Shown: positions 1-8,372 of the stretch, in pieces
Position numbering within the stretch: the stretch's first letter is position 1
How the letters are laid out: each line of letters starts with the position of its first letter
NCBI RefSeq assembly: GCF_008000775.2
Contig: NZ_CP042905.2
Coordinates: forward strand, 60,001-92,000
DNA: 32,000 nucleotides
Reading direction: 5' to 3'
DNA from: Promethearchaeum syntrophicum
Lineage (GTDB): Archaea > Asgardarchaeota > Lokiarchaeia > Sigyniarchaeales > Promethearchaeaceae
Made by a program: the position numbers and the translations under genes
The notes under the pieces: model-generated
Databases searched by the model: none
What the model saw: only the letters and a program-made list of their open reading frames with translations
Told to the model about the DNA's origin: nothing

Positions 1-68
1 TCGATTTTTCTACGGAATAATGAATGGGCTTCTCGTCCACAGACTTCACACTCTTTTAGCACTGGCAT
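1..68 (-). CDS. N-terminus of a protein with a Cys-X2-Cys zinc motif (MPVLKECEVCGREAHSLFRRKI...), truncated by window edge; possibly TtuA/Ncs6-like tRNA 2-thiolation protein or MBF1-like
   Basis: Reverse complement from ATG at 68 is open to the window edge; CEVCGRE motif; neighbour encodes a ThiS/MoaD-like sulfur carrier. Family is ambiguous from 22 residues. Confidence 0.4.
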   Translation of the reverse strand, partial: MPVLKECEVCGREAHSLFRRKI

Positions 69-190
69 AGTAATTCCACTTATCAAGAATTAAAAAGAAT
101 AAAAAAGTATTCTTCTCATATTTAAATATATTTTTTCCCAAAAAAATTCTGTTATTTGTAAAAAAAAAAATCCCATTTTCATCTAAGGGA

Positions 191-397
191 TTATCCACCA
201 GCTATCCTAGGCAATATTAAAATTTCATCATCTTTTTCCACAAAATCAGAAGGTTCTACTTTCTTACCATTGATTAAGACGACAAAATATCTTGATTCAA
301 GATTTAATTTAGTTAGTACATCATATACTTTCTGTGGATTTTTGACTCGATAAGTGGTCATGGATGACACTTCTTCGATTTTTTCGATATTCTGCAA
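191..397 (-). CDS. Small ubiquitin-like / ThiS-MoaD family sulfur carrier protein ending in Gly-Gly
   Basis: 68-aa ORF; C-terminus DEILILPRIAGG is typical of MoaD/ThiS/SAMP proteins (hydrophobic beta strand then GG). An internal Met (M13) is an alternative start. Confidence 0.7.
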   Translation of the reverse strand: MQNIEKIEEVSSMTTYRVKNPQKVYDVLTKLNLESRYFVVLINGKKVEPSDFVEKDDEILILPRIAGG

Positions 398-508
398 AAT
401 TATTCACCCTCCCTGTTTTTTGTTTTCGATAAAGTAATCTTAAAACAATGATAAAAAGGTTACTAATTTGTAAAATAAGGTGTTAATAAAAAAACAAAAT
501 TCTAATAA

Positions 509-1201
509 TTATTTCTTCTTTTTTCTTTTTTGTTTTACTTTCTTCCCTTTTTCTTTTTCATTTGGAACGTTATTGTTGATAAATCTTTGTGTAATATCTT
601 TTTCCAAACAATTTTGAGAATACTCACTTAAAATTTGATTCAATAAACCAATTCCATCAAAATCATAGGTTTTAGCTAAAGAAAGATCATTTTCAAATAG
701 CTTATCAATAATTGTCAAAGCTTCAACGGGAATATTTAAGTTAAAATCCATAGAAAAATAATCTTCCGTTTGTATTGAATCCAAAATCTTTGCTAATTGT
801 GGAGAAAATCCAGCAAAATTTGGGATAATCCCTTTCTTCATCCCTTTTAAAAGATCAGAATTGCTGGTATTTATTTCATCTAAGTAAATACTGAATAATT
901 CCGTAATTTCTGATAAAATTGCATGACTAGTTGTCGGATCGAATCCTGTCGATATTAATAATAAATCTACTTGCCCGATATGATCAAAATCGACCGTTTC
1001 AAAATCCAATAATGAATTTCCTAAACTTATTGATTTTAATTCATTCATTTTAGAACTTTGAAGAAAGGAGTTAGAAAAGGATTTTAGCGCGGAGAAAAAT
1101 GAGAGTAATAAACTTTCATCTATATTTTTATTGCTATAGTCTTTGGAATAAATAGGTATTCCATACTTATCTGCAATAAGTACTGCATCTATATCTCCCA
1201 T
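509..1201 (-). CDS. Hypothetical protein; N-terminus (AVLIADKYGIPIYSKDYS) suggests a longin/roadblock-like fold, Lys-rich tail
   Basis: 230-aa ORF; starts like small-GTPase-associated longin/roadblock domains (beta strand-DxxGxPIYS). Confidence 0.45.
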   Translation of the reverse strand: MGDIDAVLIADKYGIPIYSKDYSNKNIDESLLLSFFSALKSFSNSFLQSSKMNELKSISLGNSLLDFETVDFDHIGQVDLLLISTGFDPTTSHAILSEITELFSIYLDEINTSNSDLLKGMKKGIIPNFAGFSPQLAKILDSIQTEDYFSMDFNLNIPVEALTIIDKLFENDLSLAKTYDFDGIGLLNQILSEYSQNCLEKDITQRFINNNVPNEKEKGKKVKQKRKKKK

Positions 1202-1266
1202 GATATCCCTTAATTCCTTCCCGTAAAAATAAATGAAAGTATAGAAAAATAAAGGTTAACATTATC

Positions 1267-2517
1267 TTAAAATATTGCTTTAACGTCTTTCAAAAATTCA
1301 GCAAGATGGGATTTTTTGATATGAGGCATTAATACAACTCTTAAGAGATTCCACTGTTTGAATACGCCTAATGCCCACCCTTTCTGTCGAAGTAGCGAAT
1401 TAAATCTATCTAAAGACATATTTGCTTTGGAAGACATCTGAATTCCTAAAACATTCATGGTTGGTTCAGTTGCGATTTTCAATTCAGGAATTTCCTCAAT
1501 TTGATCTTTAAGGTAATAAGTATTTTCTAAACTGTGTCTCACATTTTCTACGAACCCTTGTTTTCCCATAAACTGCATTAATCCCCAAAATGATATAGCT
1601 GAGGCTCCTGGGCGCGTTCCAAGAATATTATAAGATGGAAATGCTCCACCTGCGAGATAAGGTATTTCAAACTTGAAGGAATTTACATTCGAATCTTTAA
1701 CGAGTAATGATCCACTAGGATTAACCGACATTCCCATTTTGTGAGGATCCACTGTATAACTACAAATTTCTGGAACTTTTAGATTGTATGGAGGAAAATC
1801 ATAACCTAATTCTTCCATAAACGGAACAACCAATCCACCAAAGGCCGCATCTACGTGGAAATACTTATTATATTTCCCTGCTAACTTTCCAATTTTTTCA
1901 ATGGGATCAATCAATCCAAGTGCACTCGTTCCTAGTATTCCTACTAATGCTATTGTGTTATCATCAATTAACGATTCATAATGGTCGAAATCCAAATGAT
2001 AATTAGACAATAATTTAGCGCGCTTTACTTTTAATCCCATTAAAATTGCGGCTTTATCAAAACTATAATGCGCGGAATCGGGAATAACAATCGAGGGTTC
2101 TTTAATGTCTAAATTATTTTGTTTTGCCAAAAGCATTGCTATAATATTTGCTTCAGTACCACCAGAAGTAATATTTCCATCGACATATGGATCTCCCAAT
2201 AAATTTCCTAGCATCTCAATTACTTCTTTTTCTATTGCTGCGGTGCCAGGATTCAATCCGCGATCTCCAAGATTTCTATCTATAAATTTAGAATAAATAT
2301 AACGAGCAAAATCATGTGGGGGCGTTGTCATTGCTCCCAAAACTTTTCCGGATGAATAATCTAAATCAATTTTTAATCGGTCTTCTAATTCAGTTAAAAT
2401 TAATGATCTTGATTTTCCTTTGTGAAGTTTTGGAAAATTATTCTCTGAATATCCTATGAAACCTTCAATATTTTGTAGGATGTCGGTTAACGGTTTGCCT
2501 TTGTCACTTAGTTCCAT
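1267..2517 (-). CDS. mfnA: PLP-dependent L-tyrosine/L-aspartate decarboxylase (MfnA family)
   Basis: 416 aa; group II decarboxylase features: TSGGTEANI, HVDAAFGG, and the PLP-lysine motif SYTVDPHKMGM. Confidence 0.85.
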   Translation of the reverse strand: MELSDKGKPLTDILQNIEGFIGYSENNFPKLHKGKSRSLILTELEDRLKIDLDYSSGKVLGAMTTPPHDFARYIYSKFIDRNLGDRGLNPGTAAIEKEVIEMLGNLLGDPYVDGNITSGGTEANIIAMLLAKQNNLDIKEPSIVIPDSAHYSFDKAAILMGLKVKRAKLLSNYHLDFDHYESLIDDNTIALVGILGTSALGLIDPIEKIGKLAGKYNKYFHVDAAFGGLVVPFMEELGYDFPPYNLKVPEICSYTVDPHKMGMSVNPSGSLLVKDSNVNSFKFEIPYLAGGAFPSYNILGTRPGASAISFWGLMQFMGKQGFVENVRHSLENTYYLKDQIEEIPELKIATEPTMNVLGIQMSSKANMSLDRFNSLLRQKGWALGVFKQWNLLRVVLMPHIKKSHLAEFLKDVKAIF

Positions 2518-2665
2518 TGAATTTAATGCTCCAAATTTAGAAATTATCCGATTTCTAATTTTTTCTCGTGGAAAAATTGATTAAAACTCTTAGTTTGAAT
2601 TAGTATATACTGATCGAAACTACATGTTAAAATAAATTCTCCTTCAAAAGCAAATTGATAGGATA

Positions 2666-3610
2666 ATGTCTGAGAAGAAACAAAAAAAAATAACAGCTCA
2701 ATCGTTCATAACTATGAAAAAAAATGGTGAAAAAATAACAGTTTTGACATCTTACGATTATATCATGGCAAAAGCCCTAGATTCCGCAGGGATAGATGCT
2801 TTGTTAGTTGGAGATTCTATGGGAATGGTGATATATGGTCAAAATTCGACTCTTCCAGTCACTGTAGAAGATATTCTCAGACATACTCAAGCGGTTGCGC
2901 GCGGTACAAATCGTTCTATGGTTATCGCTGATATGCCGTTTATGAGTTTTTCAACACCAGACATTGCTTTGAAAAATGCGGGTAGATTTATCAAGGAAGG
3001 GAATGCCGACGCTGTTAAACTTGAAGGGGGAAGGGAAAGAGTAAAAAGCATTAAAATGATGATAGAATGTGGAATTCCTGTTATGGGACATTTAGGTTTA
3101 ACTCCCCAATATATTCATCAGCTTGGCGGATACAAACTTCAGGGCAAAAATGCTCATGCGGCAGAAAGATTGATTGAAGATGCATTACTTTTAGAAGAAG
3201 CGGGAGTATTTGCAATTGTTTTAGAAATGGTTCCATGGCAAGTTGCGAAAGAAATCAGTTCTCGGATTCAGATCCCCACAATTGGGATTGGAGCTGGGGC
3301 ATATTGTGATGGCCAAGTTCTCGTAGCTCAAGATATGATGGGATTTTCCGATAGAAAACCCTTTAAATTCGTAAAAAAATACGCTGATGTTTGGAATATA
3401 ATGGTAGATGCAGGAAAAAATTATATTAATGATATTAAAAATGGAGAGTTTCCTGCGCAGACCAATAGTTTTGAAATCCCAGAAGATGAATACCAGATGC
3501 TAAAGGATAGCATTGAACATAATCCCAAGCTCAAAAATACCGTTCATGAAGAAGGAAACATCCATAAAAAGGATAAAGAAACAGATATCGGATCGATTTA
3601 TTCCAATTAA
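2666..3610 (+). CDS. panB: 3-methyl-2-oxobutanoate hydroxymethyltransferase
   Basis: Characteristic KITVLTSYDYIMAKALDSAGIDALLVGDSMGMVIYG, EGNADAVKLEGG, and IGIGAGAYCDGQVLV. Confidence 0.92.
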   Translation: MSEKKQKKITAQSFITMKKNGEKITVLTSYDYIMAKALDSAGIDALLVGDSMGMVIYGQNSTLPVTVEDILRHTQAVARGTNRSMVIADMPFMSFSTPDIALKNAGRFIKEGNADAVKLEGGRERVKSIKMMIECGIPVMGHLGLTPQYIHQLGGYKLQGKNAHAAERLIEDALLLEEAGVFAIVLEMVPWQVAKEISSRIQIPTIGIGAGAYCDGQVLVAQDMMGFSDRKPFKFVKKYADVWNIMVDAGKNYINDIKNGEFPAQTNSFEIPEDEYQMLKDSIEHNPKLKNTVHEEGNIHKKDKETDIGSIYSN

Positions 3611-3675
3611 GATTGCAAAAACCCCAATTTTTTAAATCTCTTTTTATGATAGTCTTTGGAGATGATTTTTAATAT

Positions 3676-4566
3676 TTGAGTATTGAAAATATATATGTTG
3701 GCACTTGTGGATGGAGTTATGATGATTGGAAACAAGTTTTTTATCCCAATGCCCTAAAACAGCAAAATTTCTTAGAATTTTACTCAAATATATTCCGAAC
3801 TGTTGAAATTGATTCTAGTTTTTACCGAATTCCAAGTAAAAATACTGTTTTAAATTGGGCTAAAAATACTCCTATTGATTTTAGATTCAGTGCTAAACTT
3901 CCTCAAGAAATAACACATAAAGCAAAATTGGATTTGAATAAATCAGAAAAATTTTTGAAGTTATACTGGGATAATATTCTTCCTTTAGAAACAAGTGGAA
4001 AAATTATTGCACACCTAATACAATTACCTCCAAGTTTTACCTATGAAAAACATTGGGATAATTTGGAAAATTTCTTAAACCTATGGAACGAATTTCGAGA
4101 TATAAAAGAAAACAAACTTAGATGGTGTCCTGTGGTTGAATTTAGGCATAAATCATGGATGAAGGATAAAACTTTCAACCTATTAAAAGACACGAACACG
4201 GCTTATTGTGCAGTAATTGAACCAGAAATCCCTCCTCGTATGGATATTACTAGAAAAGATTTATTTTACTTAAGATTTCATGGATATGGAAAAAAACCTT
4301 GGTGGAATTATTCCTTTTCCGATAAAGAATTAGATCAATGGGCGGAGACTTTGAATGAGGTTTTTTCAAAAACCCCAAAAGCAGCGAAAGTAGTATATTT
4401 TAATAATCATTTTAGCGGTTATGCAGTTAAAAATGCCCAAGATTTAATGCCAAAAATTGGAGTAAAACCTGTTCAAAATTTAGAACTTATGCAAAAAAAG
4501 GTGACTCAAAAAGGAAATATTAATAAAGCCCGCCGATCCCTTGATAATTGGATAAATAAGAAGTAA
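3676..4566 (+). CDS. DUF72 family protein (YecE-like)
   Basis: 296 aa from TTG; VGTCGWSYDDWKQVFYP..., EIDSSFYRIP, VVEFRHKSW, YLRFHGYG, and VVYFNNHFSGYAVKNA are DUF72 hallmarks. Confidence 0.85.
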   Translation: MSIENIYVGTCGWSYDDWKQVFYPNALKQQNFLEFYSNIFRTVEIDSSFYRIPSKNTVLNWAKNTPIDFRFSAKLPQEITHKAKLDLNKSEKFLKLYWDNILPLETSGKIIAHLIQLPPSFTYEKHWDNLENFLNLWNEFRDIKENKLRWCPVVEFRHKSWMKDKTFNLLKDTNTAYCAVIEPEIPPRMDITRKDLFYLRFHGYGKKPWWNYSFSDKELDQWAETLNEVFSKTPKAAKVVYFNNHFSGYAVKNAQDLMPKIGVKPVQNLELMQKKVTQKGNINKARRSLDNWINKK

Positions 4567-4575
4567 TTGATAAAA

Positions 4576-5541
4576 ATGCGGATATTATTGATAGGCCCGG
4601 GCAGTATTGGGGTACTTTTTGGAGGAAAATTGGCCCTCGCAGGTAATAGAATTTTAATATATGCTCGCCCTCACTTTTCAACGATTTTGAAAGAACATCC
4701 ATTAAAATTAACAGATATCATCAATAAAGAACATGTGGTCCCGAATTTTGAAAAGGCACCTCCAATTCCAGAATTAATCAAATTAAGCCCACAAGAATTT
4801 CCAAAAATATGCTTAATTACCACTAAATCTTATGATTTAGAGAGCGTTTGCAGAGAATATCAGCCTGTTCTTAACAAAATTCCAATTATTGGATTAATTC
4901 AAAATGGAATTGGAAATGAAGAAATTATTGAGAATAACTATCCGAATTCAATAATTTTCCGTATAATCACATCCCATGGAGCAATGAGAGAAAATATTAG
5001 TCATATTATTCACACTGGTATAGGAAATACTTCAATTTGCCAAATTAAACCTCCATATGAAAACATCTCTGCCGAGAATAAACAGATTATAAAAGAATTT
5101 ACTGATAATCTTCAATATGCAGGTTTTGAATTAAAATTAAATAAAAATCCTTTGGAAGCTATTTGGAGAAAAGCCTTAACGAATATTGGTATAAATGCTA
5201 TAGGTGCTTTGACTCAACTAACTAATGGAGAACTATTAAAATCCGAATCTTTATTAAATTTAATTCGAAAAACGATAAATGAAGCAATATTAATTGCAAA
5301 TAAATTACAAATTCCCCTTGATCCCTCGTTTGATTATGTTCAAAACACACTTGAAGTTCTAAAAAATACAGCAACCAATAAGAACAGCATGTTACAAGAT
5401 GTGCTAAGAAAGAAAAAAACCGAAATTGAATTTTTAAATGAAAAGATAGTGAATTATGGAAAAAAAATGCATATTCCGACTCCAATAAATAAAACTCTAT
5501 CACAACTAATTCATGGATTAGAAAATTCTTATATTTTATGA
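4576..5541 (+). CDS. panE: 2-dehydropantoate 2-reductase (ketopantoate reductase)
   Basis: N-terminal Rossmann motif MRILLIGPGSIGVLFGGKLA, IGLIQNGIGNEE, and WRKALTNIGINAIGALT. The track starts at 4567 (TTG); ATG at 4576 fits the fold better. Confidence 0.85.
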   Translation: MRILLIGPGSIGVLFGGKLALAGNRILIYARPHFSTILKEHPLKLTDIINKEHVVPNFEKAPPIPELIKLSPQEFPKICLITTKSYDLESVCREYQPVLNKIPIIGLIQNGIGNEEIIENNYPNSIIFRIITSHGAMRENISHIIHTGIGNTSICQIKPPYENISAENKQIIKEFTDNLQYAGFELKLNKNPLEAIWRKALTNIGINAIGALTQLTNGELLKSESLLNLIRKTINEAILIANKLQIPLDPSFDYVQNTLEVLKNTATNKNSMLQDVLRKKKTEIEFLNEKIVNYGKKMHIPTPINKTLSQLIHGLENSYIL

Positions 5542-6107
5542 TAATCTTTCTCATAAACAACCCAACTAGCTCGACGCCGCCGCACTTGAAAATCATGGTC
5601 GAGTTGGGCAACCAGAACGTGTTCAGGATCTCCATGAATATAACTTACATCAACAACAGGTTCGGATGCAGTTAATACTAGATCTTTGGGAACTGGCATC
5701 ATAATAGGAGTGTTCCCACAAATTTGACATTCAATTAGAATATATTTTGTCTCGGTTGTTTCTTTTTTTGTGAGTTCTTCTAATTGATTGCTATTTAATT
5801 TTATTTTAATTGCTTTTTTCATAGGGGGAGGGGGAATTGAAAGGTCAATCTCACTCATATCAAGTTTTGGTTTTTTTAATTTTGTAGATCCTGATATTGT
5901 CTTTAGATTTTTTGGGGATTTTGGAACTTTTGGAGGTGGGGGAGTAGCCTTTTGTGGATTTTTTAATCCGTTTTCAAAAGTTTCAAGAAGATATTTCCAA
6001 GTTTCTCTCCAATGAACAGGGCTATCGCTTTTTTGATTCAAATCATCCTTGATATCTTTCATTTTAACCCAAATTTCTAAAGGTATTGATATAGTTTTAT
6101 TTGCCAT
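5529..6107 (-). CDS. Hypothetical protein with internal polyproline segments and a C-terminal CxxC-containing domain
   Basis: 192 aa; TPPPPKVPKSPK and IPPPPMKK within a low-complexity linker; C-terminal ECQICGNTPIMMP. Confidence 0.6.
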   Translation of the reverse strand: MANKTISIPLEIWVKMKDIKDDLNQKSDSPVHWRETWKYLLETFENGLKNPQKATPPPPKVPKSPKNLKTISGSTKLKKPKLDMSEIDLSIPPPPMKKAIKIKLNSNQLEELTKKETTETKYILIECQICGNTPIMMPVPKDLVLTASEPVVDVSYIHGDPEHVLVAQLDHDFQVRRRRASWVVYEKDYHKI

Positions 6108-6235
6108 TTTTTTCCCAAAATTGATGTGAATTTATTTTTACTGTTTTATTTAATTTGATTTATAATTATTTAAATTGATTTCTGCAAAAAAATTTATTTA
6201 TTGAGTAAATATTTGTCAATAGCGTAATAAAAAAA

Positions 6236-6754
6236 ATGCGACATCAAAAAAAAAGGTCTTTTCCAACCACATGTAAATTCTGCGGGGCATCAATATTATA
6301 TTGGGAAAGCACTGCAGGTCAGAAAGTTTTCTTTAATCTTCCAATTTATGGTAAACCTATATCTCATCGTTGTAAAAAAAGAAATAAGAAGAAATCAAAC
6401 GTTCTTGAGTCAAATAAAGATCATTTAGAAAAAAAAATTGAAAAGATCACCTTTCAATGCCCTGTTTGTAGTAAAATTTTAAACTCCGATACCGCTCTCA
6501 ATTCTCACATAAATAAATTAAGGAAACAAGATGATTATCATTCAGACTTTTTTGACTCTGCTATGGATTTATTAGTATGGAATGATTCTGAACAAAAAAA
6601 TCTCAACGATTTAGATATGAATCAGTATAAGACAAAACACTCATTTAGTGTTATGAGCGAGCGGTTTATACTAAAAACCAACAAGAATACAGAAGAAGAA
6701 GAGTATCAAAAATTTTTAAGGTTACAAAAATTAAAAAAAAATAAGGAAGAATAA
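6236..6754 (+). CDS. Zinc-finger protein (CxxC...HxC cluster plus a C2H2-like finger)
   Basis: CKFCGASILYWES...HRC and FQCPVCSKILNSDTALNSHINKLRKQDDYH; ends 3 nt before the next ORF (likely co-transcribed). Confidence 0.6.
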   Translation: MRHQKKRSFPTTCKFCGASILYWESTAGQKVFFNLPIYGKPISHRCKKRNKKKSNVLESNKDHLEKKIEKITFQCPVCSKILNSDTALNSHINKLRKQDDYHSDFFDSAMDLLVWNDSEQKNLNDLDMNQYKTKHSFSVMSERFILKTNKNTEEEEYQKFLRLQKLKKNKEE

Positions 6755-6757
6755 TTT

Positions 6758-7384
6758 ATGCCAATAGAATTTGAAAAAATACTTGATGATTTGTTCGCAA
6801 AAGGCATCGTGATTGCGGCTGTTGTTTGCAGACGTAACGGAGAAATAGCCTATAGCTCATCGAACTGGAGTGTTGATCCAGGTGATCTTTCACAATGTAT
6901 TAAAAAGTGGCAATCTCGTGGGCAATTTACTCATTTACAAGATCGTAAATACGCATTACTTATGAATACACCAGAATACTTTAGTGGAATTAATTTCAAA
7001 GATAAAGATTTCTTGTTAGGAGCCGCTTCTCTGGATGAAAACGATCGTTATTACGTAATTGGGTATGCACCTCCAGGAGTTTCAGGAAGAAATGCATACG
7101 TCGATGTTGTACGGGCTGCAAATCAGATGAAAGAAGGGGTATATTTAGATGAAACTGCAAAATTGGGAAAATATGATGATACTCAAGTTGCAGCGGACGC
7201 AAGTGCTGCGGGTGGAATAGTGGATAACTCCTTAAAACAAGAAATTGATGGATTCTTAACTTGGATTCGAGATACAAATGGCTTATCCGGTTACATTCAA
7301 TATTATTTAGATCAAAATGATCCGGTTGTTTTAACAAAAATAGCCAAGGCATATAATGATTTTCGACGTATTTTTGGGTTTTAA
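6758..7384 (+). CDS. Candidate Asgard profilin with an approx. 80-aa C-terminal extension
   Basis: Order of elements matches profilin: AAVVCRRNGEIAYSSSNW..., helix, RKYALLMNTPEYFSGINFKDKDFLLGAAS, YYVIGYAPPGVSGRNAYVDVVRAANQM (compare eukaryotic ...YMVIQGE..IRGKKGSGGITI...[27 protein letters not shown]). Family call is by eye, not by search. Confidence 0.6.
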   Translation: MPIEFEKILDDLFAKGIVIAAVVCRRNGEIAYSSSNWSVDPGDLSQCIKKWQSRGQFTHLQDRKYALLMNTPEYFSGINFKDKDFLLGAASLDENDRYYVIGYAPPGVSGRNAYVDVVRAANQMKEGVYLDETAKLGKYDDTQVAADASAAGGIVDNSLKQEIDGFLTWIRDTNGLSGYIQYYLDQNDPVVLTKIAKAYNDFRRIFGF

Positions 7385-7486
7385 GATCTTTTTTTTCACA
7401 TTTTGCACAATCTTTCTTTTTAATTTTAAAGATTTTTTAAAGTTCACAGATAATTAATTAATAGAAAAGGAGATTTTTGTGGGAAA

Positions 7487-8233
7487 ATGAAATTATTTAA
7501 AATTACTAAAGATGAAATTACTGAAACTAAAAATGTCAATCCTGAGGATATTGTTCTGGTATTAAATGAGGAAATGAAAAAACTTTACGTTTATAAAGGA
7601 GAAAAAAGCACTACTTATAATGAATTGAAATCGGATGCATTATTTGAAAGAATTACCAATCAATTTTTCAATCCAAAAATTTTCTTGATTAAATCCCTAG
7701 ATGTTACGAAACAAGATCATCTTGAAATTGTTCAAGCAAAGAATTTTATAATGAGCCATTTCCCTAATATTAAGAAATTTTGGGTAATGTATTACTTGAA
7801 AAATATATTCTTACTTCATCAAATCCGTAAAAATATAAAAGTTTTCAAAAGTTATGATAAATCTCGAATTTGGCGCTTAAGATTATCAAATACAACAAAT
7901 ATATGGTATTTGAGTATTATAAATACGATGACCTTATTAATTTTGGTTATTGGTTTACTTTGGAAGATAATTTCTTTGGGAAATACAAGTTTTATTAATT
8001 TAGATACTAATACAGTTGATCCTATAGGATGGGCATATTGGTTTGAGAATCTACAGTTGTTTTTTATTATCAGTGGGATCATTCTCATTATTTTACTGGT
8101 TGTAAATCTAATATTTGTTCTTTTTCCAATGAAATTTCCAATATCTCCTTCAAAAATTAAATTAATGACTTCAAATTTGAAAGAATCGGTTCCACATGAC
8201 GTAATTGATAATAAAGAATTGGAAAAGGATTAA
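7487..8233 (+). CDS. Membrane protein with two C-terminal transmembrane segments and a cytosolic N-terminal domain resembling a gelsolin-like repeat
   Basis: 248 aa; NPEDIVLVLNEEMKKLYVYKGEKSTTYNELKSDALFERITNQF resembles gelsolin (SDVYILD..KIYVWKGK.A...E+..A); hydrophobic spans YLSIINTMTLLILVIGLLW and LFFIISGIILIILLVVNLIFVLF. Confidence 0.5.
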   Translation: MKLFKITKDEITETKNVNPEDIVLVLNEEMKKLYVYKGEKSTTYNELKSDALFERITNQFFNPKIFLIKSLDVTKQDHLEIVQAKNFIMSHFPNIKKFWVMYYLKNIFLLHQIRKNIKVFKSYDKSRIWRLRLSNTTNIWYLSIINTMTLLILVIGLLWKIISLGNTSFINLDTNTVDPIGWAYWFENLQLFFIISGIILIILLVVNLIFVLFPMKFPISPSKIKLMTSNLKESVPHDVIDNKELEKD

Positions 8234-8283
8234 ATTTTTTTTTATTTTTAATTTTTTCTGAATTGGAAAACTTTTTTTTTTTC

Positions 8284-8372
8284 TGCGGACAAATTTTCTA
8301 CACAAATTGAATAATTGCGGAGATAATTTCTACAATAAATACGAATCAGTAAATGCGGTCAAATTTTTTACA
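8284..8372 (+). promoter_or_regulatory. Three near-identical 19-nt direct repeats at the 5' end of the tfb gene
   Basis: 8284 tgcggacaaattttctaca; 8316 tgcggagataatttctaca; 8354 tgcggtcaaattttttaca. Confidence 0.65.

Noticed and set aside
2105-2296. 63-aa plus-strand ORF, plus 5222..5635 (-), 4520..4702 (-), 5788..6015 (+), 6996..7352 (-), 7852..8088 (-), 13285..13503 (+), 14109..14333 (-), 14723..14908 (+), 15576..15797 (-), 16887..17090 (-), 19161..19427 (-), 20579..20773 (-)
   Set aside because: All are wholly or largely antisense or out-of-frame shadows of better supported genes.
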